64,000 nucleotides of DNA from the NCBI GenBank assembly GCA_963824995.1, contig CAWGRK010000006.1, forward strand, positions 380,273 through 444,272, in the 5' to 3' direction. Both the position numbers and the translations under genes were made by a program. The notes under the pieces were generated by a model that was not told the DNA's origin, ran no database searches, and was given only the letters and a program-made list of their open reading frames with translations. The DNA comes from an uncultured Actinomycetes bacterium (GTDB lineage: Bacteria; Actinomycetota; Acidimicrobiia; Spongiisociales; DATADW01). Of this stretch, positions 33,148 to 40,930 are shown one piece after another (within the stretch, counting starts at the first letter, position 1; each line of letters starts with the position of its first letter).

Positions 33148-33980
33148 GCGCCCTCGGGGCCGTGGCGGTCCCCGTGCGCCGCGCTGTTGGGATCTCGGGT
33201 GCGTTCTTCCGGATGGGGTGGAACTACTCCACCAACTACCCGTTGGGGTTCTGGCTCGGCCAGGTGAGCCAGTTGCTCCCCGTGGTGATCTTCTACTTCA
33301 TCTCACAACTCAACGTGAACTCACCGGCGGTCGGTGGCGACTACTACACGTTCGTCGTCCTCGGATTCGTTGGGATGATGATCATGGCCCCAGGGGTCAA
33401 CGGGCTCAGCTTCGAACTCGAAGCGGCGATGCTCCACGGGCACTGGGAGATGCTCCTGGTGGAGCCGGTCCCCTGGCGACTGCTCCCCTTCACCATGGTG
33501 GTCTGGCCCACGGGTCTGCGTCTCCTCCTCATCATGGTCATGGTCGCCCTCTCGACTGTGCTCGGAGCCGTGTACGACCCCTCGGGGCTCGGGGTGGCCC
33601 TGCTCATCCTGGTGCTCGGACTGGGCACCGGGCTCGCCATCGGGGTGCTCTCCGCAAGCGTCAAGGTGCTGGCGAAGAAGGGCGATCCGGTGCTGACGCT
33701 CTACATGCTCGCCACGCAGGTGCTCTCCGGTCAGTTCTTCAACATCGAGGCGCTTCCCACGCCGCTGCGGATCATGGCTTATGCCATCCCCCAGACCTAC
33801 GTCAACCAGGGCCTGCGAAAGGCGCTGATGCCGGCGGGCGAGATCATCCCCGGGTTTGGAATCCCCGAGTCCATCATCGCCCTGACCGCGTTCAATCTCC
33901 TGCTGCTCCCGGTGGCGATATGGCTGTTCGGGCGGTCGATGGAGTACGGGCGCACGATCGGCGTCCTCAGCGGGTACTGA
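33144..33980 (+). CDS. ABC-2 type permease
   Basis: About six TM segments, LSGQFFNIEALP..L...IPQTY; ATGA-coupled to the ATPase. Confidence 0.88.
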   Translation: MSALGAVAVPVRRAVGISGAFFRMGWNYSTNYPLGFWLGQVSQLLPVVIFYFISQLNVNSPAVGGDYYTFVVLGFVGMMIMAPGVNGLSFELEAAMLHGHWEMLLVEPVPWRLLPFTMVVWPTGLRLLLIMVMVALSTVLGAVYDPSGLGVALLILVLGLGTGLAIGVLSASVKVLAKKGDPVLTLYMLATQVLSGQFFNIEALPTPLRIMAYAIPQTYVNQGLRKALMPAGEIIPGFGIPESIIALTAFNLLLLPVAIWLFGRSMEYGRTIGVLSGY

Positions 33981-33983
33981 TCC

Positions 33984-35159
33984 TCACGAACTGAGTTCCC
34001 GCTCCAGGGGCGTCCGAAAGCGCGTCGTCACGCGCAACGGGCCGAGTACCGCAGCGACCCGATCGGCCTCGAGGCCCACCGCGGTGCGTGCCTCAGGCGC
34101 CACATCCTCAAGGAACCGGACGGCGATCTCGCCATCCTTGCGCTGCGCCCACCCACCCACGACACGCCCCGCCCACCAGATGGTCGGGCCGGCGTTGCCG
34201 TTCCGGTCGAATAGCTGAGGACGGTGCTCGCCCAGGTACCACGAGCGCTCCGACCAGCCCATGGTGGTGGAGTCGAGCGCGGGGAGAAGTGCAGCCCATG
34301 GCTCGACCTCAGGCGCCGGGTCGGCGTCGTCGGCGAGCACCACACCGGATCCGGCGTCGAGTTTCACCTCGACAACGTGCAGTTCGGCGAGGGCGGCGGC
34401 GGTCTGGCGGGCCGTCCACCCCGTCCACCAGGTGAGGTCGCCGACGGGTGCTGGACCGAAGGCGCCAAGCCAGCGACGAGCCAACTCGGTCTTGGCCTCG
34501 TTGGACGGCATCTCGGGTATCCCGCCTGGCACCCAGGTCGCGGTCGGTGCCCAGCGGTAGAGGGTGCTCAGCCAGGTTCCCCGTGGACGTCCCCTCACGA
34601 TGCGGCCGTCCGCTCCGAGGAGGAACAGCACCTGGGTGGACATCCCGATCTTCCCGGCGTAATTCTTTCCCTGGTTGACCTCCACCTGGACTCTCAACTC
34701 CGGTACATCCGAGGACAACTCGGCCGCAGTCGCCTCTCCCCGGGTGGAGAGCGCCTCGAGCGTCGCCGCCTCGACACGGGCTAGCCACGCCCCCGGGTCA
34801 CCGGCCACGCCCGCCTGGGCGACCAGTTGGACGATGCGGCGCCGTTGCTTGAGCGCGATATCGGCGGTGACGGCCGACTGGACCACTCCTGCGAGATCCG
34901 CTGGGACCACGAACACGGTGCGGCGCATCCCGAGAATCCGCACAAGTGCGTGGTCCTCATAGAGCGCTCTCTCCAGAGCCGGGACGTCTGCCGGCTCCAT
35001 CCGGGCGGTCGCACCGAGCAGCACTGTTGCCGGGTCGGTGGCGTGGAGCCCGACGAGCGCGGCGGCGACGGCAACGGGGTCTGTTCCTCTTTGTGCGAGC
35101 AGGTGCCGTCCCGCCAGCCTGGCGCGCCTCTGATCGTCGGTGATGCGGATGGCGGTCAC
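33984..35159 (-). CDS. Winged-helix HTH_42 (AlkZ/YcaQ-like) DNA glycosylase family protein
   Basis: LVGLHATDP, GMRRTVF, FGPA..DLTWWTG, LLPALD..MGW, GRVVGGW. Confidence 0.8.
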   Translation of the reverse strand: MTAIRITDDQRRARLAGRHLLAQRGTDPVAVAAALVGLHATDPATVLLGATARMEPADVPALERALYEDHALVRILGMRRTVFVVPADLAGVVQSAVTADIALKQRRRIVQLVAQAGVAGDPGAWLARVEAATLEALSTRGEATAAELSSDVPELRVQVEVNQGKNYAGKIGMSTQVLFLLGADGRIVRGRPRGTWLSTLYRWAPTATWVPGGIPEMPSNEAKTELARRWLGAFGPAPVGDLTWWTGWTARQTAAALAELHVVEVKLDAGSGVVLADDADPAPEVEPWAALLPALDSTTMGWSERSWYLGEHRPQLFDRNGNAGPTIWWAGRVVGGWAQRKDGEIAVRFLEDVAPEARTAVGLEADRVAAVLGPLRVTTRFRTPLERELSS

Positions 35160-35998
35160 AGCCTCCTGCGCATGATTCCGGTGATGAGGTCGATGGCTGT
35201 CTCCTGAGCCTCGAGCGAGCGGAAGCTGCTCAGGTCACCCCGCTCGGTGACCGCAACCTCGATGCCGGGTCGGGAGCGCTCCAGGTAGTCGCCGAGCGGT
35301 CCCTGGCGGAGAGCCTCGAACGAAACGAGTTCGAGGTCGTCGGCGCCAAAGACGAGATCGACGGTGACCCCGCGCTGGCGAAGCTCGCCCATGTCCGCCC
35401 GGAACGACCCCGGGGTGAGGGTGATGTCGCGAGCTTTTGGGCCAGCGGGGGCCGGTCGGAGCCTTCGTGTGGCCCACCTCGCCGCCGGCCGCCACAATTC
35501 GGGGTTGGTGGCGACGTTGGCCACTCCCCGCCATCCCATCTTGCGGGCTCTCCAGTCGGCCTTTGTCTGCTCGGCGGGGAAGGGGAACGAGATGAGCACC
35601 AGCCCGGACAGGTTCTCCAACCGGGGAGCCGCCGCCAGCGCCGACCGTCCGCCGAAACAGACTCCGATCACTGCCAGCCGGTCGGCCGCCCCCTTCAGCG
35701 AGTCGCACACCGCGACCACATCGCCGACGAAGGGCCGGTCGAGTACGAAACGATCCACCACACCGCTGCTGTCGCCGACACCGTGCCAGTCGAACCTGAC
35801 GGCGAGATGCCCGAGGTCGGCTATCGCCCTTGCCAGCCGGACCACGACACGATTGCGGTTGGTGGAGGTCCCGTACCACCCGCCCGGACAGATCACCACC
35901 CCGGTGCCGCTGGGCAACGCCGGCGTTGTGACCACAGCCGCCAATGGACCATCCGGACCAGCGACGAACATGGCACGCTCGGTGGCGGTTGCCGTCAC
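35156..35998 (-). CDS. Alpha/beta hydrolase with Cys nucleophile (exosortase-A 'hydrolase 1'-like)
   Basis: NRVVVRLARAIA, RFDWHGVGDSSG, GVCFGG. Confidence 0.75.
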   Translation of the reverse strand: MTATATERAMFVAGPDGPLAAVVTTPALPSGTGVVICPGGWYGTSTNRNRVVVRLARAIADLGHLAVRFDWHGVGDSSGVVDRFVLDRPFVGDVVAVCDSLKGAADRLAVIGVCFGGRSALAAAPRLENLSGLVLISFPFPAEQTKADWRARKMGWRGVANVATNPELWRPAARWATRRLRPAPAGPKARDITLTPGSFRADMGELRQRGVTVDLVFGADDLELVSFEALRQGPLGDYLERSRPGIEVAVTERGDLSSFRSLEAQETAIDLITGIMRRRL

Positions 35999-36899
35999 CA
36001 CGGACCCTCTAGGAGGAAGCCGAGGGTGAGGGTCACCGCCTCGGTGGCGGTCACCTCCACCTCGAGACGACCACCCTTGCCCGCCGATCCGAACCACCAC
36101 GACTCGGCGGCTGCGACCGTGTCTACCTGCACATCCGCTCCGCCGCGGCGCCACTCTTCGGCCAGCTCGAGCACGGCAGGCCTCGGCGTCCCCCTGCGCG
36201 ACATCTCCACCACCTGAATGCGCCTCGCCACCATCGCGACCCCGGCCAGCGGTTGCTGCCTCGCCTCCTCGAGCAGAGCCTTGGAGACCGGGTAGCCGAC
36301 CACGTCGACCGGGCCGTCGTCCCCCTGGTTCTCGTCCTTGACGGCTTCCCCCGAGGCAAGTTCGGACAGCCGGCGCGCCCGCATCACCTCCTTTTCGTAG
36401 GTCGCTCCGTCCACCACCGGGTCCCACAGCGCCAGCGCCCCCGTGGCAGGCACCGTCCGAGCCGCAACAACCGCAGCCAGCCGGGTTCCGACGATGGCGA
36501 CCGGGAGGCCGCCGAACTGGGAGAGAAGCGCGTCCATGGCAGCCGAGGCGTCGGCCGACATCGAGGTGAGCGTGCACGGACCATCCGAACTCTGTCCGCT
36601 CCCGCGGGGTGAAAGCGCATGGCGGCCACGCCACCTCTAGCCAGACCGGCGGCGAGGTCGTACTCCCGACGGTAGTTCCGCGGCCCTTCGGCAAGCGGTG
36701 GCGGGCAGATGAGTGCCACTCCATGGGGATCGCCGGCGGGTCCGTGCACCGCCGAGAACAGACTCGCCTCCCCCGTCTCGATGAAGGCGACCCGAACCCA
36801 TGTTCCACCGGGCCCCTCGATGCGGTCGGGCGCGACCGGCTTCCATTCGGCGCTCTGCCGGTCGAGGAGGTGGTCGTCAGCCCCCGAGGGGAGGGTCAC
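35995..36899 (-). CDS. Alpha/beta hydrolase-fold protein lacking nucleophile ('hydrolase 2'-like); indel near 36605
   Basis: LICPPPLAE, RFHP/RGSGQS, GTRLAA in place of GxSxG, LWDPVVDG. Confidence 0.7.
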
Positions 36900-36900
36900 G

Positions 36901-37164
36901 TCAGCCGGGCTGGCGCCGGGTCTCGACCAGGCGGGCGATGGCTCCCACCGACTCGAAGTTGGTCACGGCCAGGTCCTCGTCGGCGACCTCGATGTCGAAC
37001 TCCTCTTCGATGAACGCCACCATCTGCTGGATCCCCATCGAGTCGAGGATCTCGGCTTCGAAAAGGGAGACATCGTCGGTCAATTCCTCGGCCGATCCAT
37101 CCCAGCCGAGGTCGTCGACGATGAAGGCGCGGATCGAATCGGCGGTGCTCATCGACGAGGTCAT
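36901..37164 (-). CDS. Acyl carrier protein
   Basis: ILDSMG phosphopantetheine site, EEEFDIEV, NFESV. Confidence 0.9.
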   Translation of the reverse strand: MTSSMSTADSIRAFIVDDLGWDGSAEELTDDVSLFEAEILDSMGIQQMVAFIEEEFDIEVADEDLAVTNFESVGAIARLVETRRQPG

Positions 37165-37300
37165 GGGTGTTGCTGCTCTCCCAAATGGCTGTTCGGGCCC
37201 AAATTGCTGTTCGGGCATGGTACCGCCATCGGAAGGCGCAGATCGCTATGGGCGGGGCACGAGATGGCGGTATCGGGAGGAGGTAACGTCCGTCGCGCTA

Positions 37301-37328
37301 TCAAGGTTCTAGGTCCTTCCGCCGATTA
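37301..37328 (+). promoter_or_regulatory. Sigma28/WhiG-type promoter TCAA-N16-GCCGATTA for the ACP-SGNH-lipoyl-SGNH operon
   Basis: Intergenic, 87 nt upstream of the ACP start at 37416. Confidence 0.6.
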
Positions 37329-37415
37329 TCGCTCCAGGTACAGCCGGGCCCCTCGCATTGGGCTCGAGCGGTTGCGTGAGGGGTGATCCGTTGATCATGA
37401 GCGTGGTTTGAGATC

Positions 37416-37655
37416 ATGAGCGATGTTGGTGATGAGATCCTCGGGTTTGTCCAGACCGAGTTGTCGGATGGCTCCTTCCCGGTCGGCGCCGATACCGACC
37501 TCCTTCAAGAGGAGATAATCGACTCGCTCGGCGTGTTCACCCTCATCGGATTTCTCGAGCAGCGCTTCGGCGTCAAGATCGATGCGTCCGAGGTGGACCT
37601 CGACAACTTCCGGACCGTGACCGCCGTCGCGCAACTGGTGGAGCGCTCGAGATGA
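37416..37655 (+). CDS. Acyl carrier protein
   Basis: IIDSLG site, EQRFGVKI, DNFRTV. Confidence 0.9.
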   Translation: MSDVGDEILGFVQTELSDGSFPVGADTDLLQEEIIDSLGVFTLIGFLEQRFGVKIDASEVDLDNFRTVTAVAQLVERSR

Positions 37656-38291
37656 CCGACAGTGAGGTCCTCGGCGGGATGGACCCGTTCCGGATCGCGG
37701 TGGCAGAGGCCCCCGACACCACCGCCGCTCTCCTCCCAACCGACGCCGCCGACCGTCTCACCGAGAGGATTCGCCGGCTCAGGGGATCGGCTCCGAAGGT
37801 CGAAATGGTGCCCCTGGCCGACATCTCCCTCGATCGTCTCGACCCCGCCACCATCTCCGAGAGCGGAGCCCACGCCGTGGTCCTCTCGCTCTCCTCGGAG
37901 TTGGACGGCACTTCAGCTGACGGAGTTCGCCGCCGCCGCCGACCGCCTCGTCTCGGCGGTCCGCACCGGTGACGGACCGCATCTCGTCTGGTTCACCGCC
38001 TCGACCGTCGATCCGGAGGGCGGCGACGCCTACCGCGTCCGTCCGGAGCGCTTCGCCCTGCGAGCGCTTCGACTCGACGCCGAACTGGTCCGGCTGTCGA
38101 AGACCCGGGGAATAGCCCTCGTCGACGCAGACCGGATCGTGGCAGAGCTGGGCGGCGCCGACCATGTCGTCGCACCGCTCCGCTACTCGCCGGCCGCATC
38201 CGAGGCGCTTGCCGAGGAAACGGTCCGAGTCCTCGACGACATCGGCTTCTTCGAGCCGCGTCCCCTGGTGGCCCAGATCGGCGCAGTGTGA
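37652..38291 (+). CDS. Degenerate SGNH-like protein, paralog of 38711..39748; indel near 37915
   Basis: VVLSLSSEL, HLVWFTASTV, IALVDADRIV align by eye with the downstream paralog; APLRY instead of DxxH. Confidence 0.55.
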
Positions 38292-38298
38292 GGCTGAG

Positions 38299-38700
38299 AT
38301 GCGCTACGACCTGAACCTCCCTCATCTCGACCGCCGCGTCGGACAGGCCCGGCTGCTCGAATGGCATGTCGCCGAGGGCTCCGAGGTCGGCTACGGCGAC
38401 CCCTTGGTTGACATCCGCGCCGATGAGTTCACCACTCTCGAGGTGCACCGCTCGGCCAAGTATCTGACCAAGCTGGCGGGTCGCAAGGTGGCGACAGGCA
38501 CCAAGACCACCCGGGTGAGCATGGTGTGGAGGTTGGTCTCATCCGACCGTGGCGTGGTCCGCCGTGTTGTGGCTGTGACGGGTGATGTCATCCACGTCGG
38601 CGACACGCTCGCCGTGCTCACGACAACTCCCGACGAGGACCCAGCAGCGGGGCCTTCCGGGAAGTTCCGGGTGGTCACCGAGCCGGTGGTCCAGTCGTGA
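38299..38700 (+). CDS. Lipoyl/biotinyl-domain-like protein lacking the acceptor lysine
   Basis: LLEWHVAEGSEV..GDPLVDI and GVVRRVVAVTGDVIHVGDTLAVL flank an insertion replacing ETDK. Confidence 0.65.
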   Translation: MRYDLNLPHLDRRVGQARLLEWHVAEGSEVGYGDPLVDIRADEFTTLEVHRSAKYLTKLAGRKVATGTKTTRVSMVWRLVSSDRGVVRRVVAVTGDVIHVGDTLAVLTTTPDEDPAAGPSGKFRVVTEPVVQS

Positions 38701-38710
38701 GGAGTGTCAG

Positions 38711-39748
38711 GTGAGCGCCGTGGCGCGCAACGTGCAGCGGCTGGTCCGCAAGGTCGCTGGTGAGAACTCGGCCATCGAGCGCCGGCTGCGCGGCACCTAC
38801 CGACAGGCGGCACTCCGCAGCGAGACAGGAGACGACTCGAAGACCGAGCGTGCCATGCGCGGCATCGCCTCCAACGCCCGCTTCCGCCTACGTGGCGAGC
38901 TCACCACCCGAAGCGCCACCGTTTTCCGCCGCGGCAAGAGCGACGATCGGTTGGGGATCTACATGCTGGGCGCCTGCGATCTCCCGACCGTCTTCGCAGC
39001 CAAGCCGTTCATCGAGCAGGACCTCGACGGGGTTTGCGCCATCATGCGCGATGGCGAGGTGGCTGACGCTCGCTCCGACTTCCTGCTCCAGGCGCTCGAC
39101 GGTGTCGATCCGGACGCGGTGGCCGAGGCGGGGCAGTACCTCAAGTTGCCGCCAGACGCCTTCGAGCCGCGCCTGTTCAGGCCGGAGTTCCAGGTCCCTG
39201 CGCTGCCTTCGCTCGGCAGCTTCCCCAAGACCGTGGTCGTGCTCTCCATCGCCGCCGACCTGAGCCGCAGCCTCTACCGCAACAACGAGCACGGCTACCT
39301 GGTGGACCCGGGCGGTTGGTGGTTGACCACGCCGATGGGAGAGGTAATGGAGCATCTCGACCGGGTGGCGTGGATGAGGGAAAACTTCACCGCCCTTGGC
39401 AAGATCCCCGTCGAGGAATTCCATGACAACATGGGCCGGATCGTCACCGAGGTCAAGCAGCGGACCGGGGCCCATGTCGTGGTCTTCAACACCTTGACCG
39501 TTAGTCCGGGCGACCTGACACACACCTACCAGTTCGTCAGAATCCCGCAGAACCTGAGACGTATGGAGTTCGACCTGGCCCTGGCCGACATCGCCGCCCA
39601 ACACGACGTATCGGTGGTGGATGTCGACCGTGTGCTCAAGCTCGAGGGTGTCAAGGAGCAGATCGACTTCGCCCACTTTCCCATGGACCGGATGATCCCA
39701 ATCGCCCGCGAGTTCCACCGCGTGCTGCGCGATCGGGAGATCATCTGA
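38711..39748 (+). CDS. SGNH/GDSL-like protein (putative acyltransferase)
   Basis: LGACD at a block-I-like position, VSVVDVDRV, C-terminal DFAHF. Confidence 0.6.
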   Translation: MSAVARNVQRLVRKVAGENSAIERRLRGTYRQAALRSETGDDSKTERAMRGIASNARFRLRGELTTRSATVFRRGKSDDRLGIYMLGACDLPTVFAAKPFIEQDLDGVCAIMRDGEVADARSDFLLQALDGVDPDAVAEAGQYLKLPPDAFEPRLFRPEFQVPALPSLGSFPKTVVVLSIAADLSRSLYRNNEHGYLVDPGGWWLTTPMGEVMEHLDRVAWMRENFTALGKIPVEEFHDNMGRIVTEVKQRTGAHVVVFNTLTVSPGDLTHTYQFVRIPQNLRRMEFDLALADIAAQHDVSVVDVDRVLKLEGVKEQIDFAHFPMDRMIPIAREFHRVLRDREII

Positions 39749-39760
39749 TAGGTAGGGCGG

Positions 39761-40930
39761 TCAGCCGGTGTAGAACCGGGCGATCTCCTCACCAATCGGT
39801 CCAACCGCCGCCTCGGTGAGGTGGCCCAGGTCGTCTCTGTAGTCAGCGCAGCTACGCACCTCGGGCGATGCGCCCTGTTCGACGCCAACCACACTGAGAA
39901 CCGTGAGTTCGATCGCCTGGTCGATGATCGGATGGTTGACCGAGGCCCTGACACTCTCCCTGCGGTCCCCCGGACATAGCCGCTCGTCGGGACCGCCGAC
40001 GATTGGTTGGAGCACGATCGCGGCGCCCGGGTACTTGACCCTGGCAGTAGCTACCGCTGACGTGATGTCCTTGACCCACTGTGCCACCGGGCGCTCGGCA
40101 CCGGTCACCGTGAGCAACAGCCGACTCGGGGTCCCGTCCGTGCACCCCGATACCACCTGATTGCTCCAACCGACGAAACCGGGATCGGCCCATTTCTCGA
40201 TCGTTGCTCCAGACTCCCAGAGGAGCTCCCACGTGGCGTCGCCCGCCACCGGCTCGAAGCCACCGCCGGTGAACCACTGCTCGGTCTGACTGAACCCGAC
40301 CACCCTCGTGCAGGAGAAGGGCCCAATTGCCATCAAGCCGAGCGCCCGGGCGAGGAAGCTCGCCATCTGGTCGCGCCTCACCGCCTGTTCGGGGCAGAAA
40401 CGAGTCCCGGACTCGGCGCACCCAGCGGTGATCGCTGCTGCGGCGATGGCGTTGATCGCCTCCTCATGAATGCTCTCCTCGTCGTCCACGAAGATGTCGG
40501 CGTTGGAAGCGGGGAATGCAAAGCCTCGCACCAAGAGGCTCGCCATCTGCGCCCTGCTGAGCGCCTCCGACGGGCAGAAGCGCGTCCCGGCCGCGTTGCA
40601 GCCGATCGTGATGCCCGCCTGGGCGATGGCGTTGATCGCCTCCTCGTGGACGCTCCGATCATCGTCACCAAAGGAATCGGTCCCGGATATGGGGAGGTCG
40701 AGGGCTCGCCGCAGGAAGCTTGCCATCTGCCCCCTGGTGACCGCCCGGTCGGGGCAATAGAGGTTCGCGCTGCAGCCAAAGGTGATGCCTTCGGCAGCGA
40801 TCGCCTCGATGGCGGCCTCGTGGACATTGCCGTCGTCGTCGTCGAAGGCCCCCGCTGCTGTCGCCGGAGAGGCGGGGATCAACCAAACCGCTACCGCCAA
40901 GATGGCGGCACCGCCCCGGCGGATCCTCAC
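39761..40930 (-). CDS. Secreted protein with three S-layer-homology-like repeats and a C-terminal SGNH-like domain
   Basis: Signal ..ASPATAA; 3x HE.AI.AIA..GIT.GC...CP....R.QMAS; VVGFSQT, SGATIEKW, DDLGH. Confidence 0.8.
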   Translation of the reverse strand: MRIRRGGAAILAVAVWLIPASPATAAGAFDDDDGNVHEAAIEAIAAEGITFGCSANLYCPDRAVTRGQMASFLRRALDLPISGTDSFGDDDRSVHEEAINAIAQAGITIGCNAAGTRFCPSEALSRAQMASLLVRGFAFPASNADIFVDDEESIHEEAINAIAAAAITAGCAESGTRFCPEQAVRRDQMASFLARALGLMAIGPFSCTRVVGFSQTEQWFTGGGFEPVAGDATWELLWESGATIEKWADPGFVGWSNQVVSGCTDGTPSRLLLTVTGAERPVAQWVKDITSAVATARVKYPGAAIVLQPIVGGPDERLCPGDRRESVRASVNHPIIDQAIELTVLSVVGVEQGASPEVRSCADYRDDLGHLTEAAVGPIGEEIARFYTG

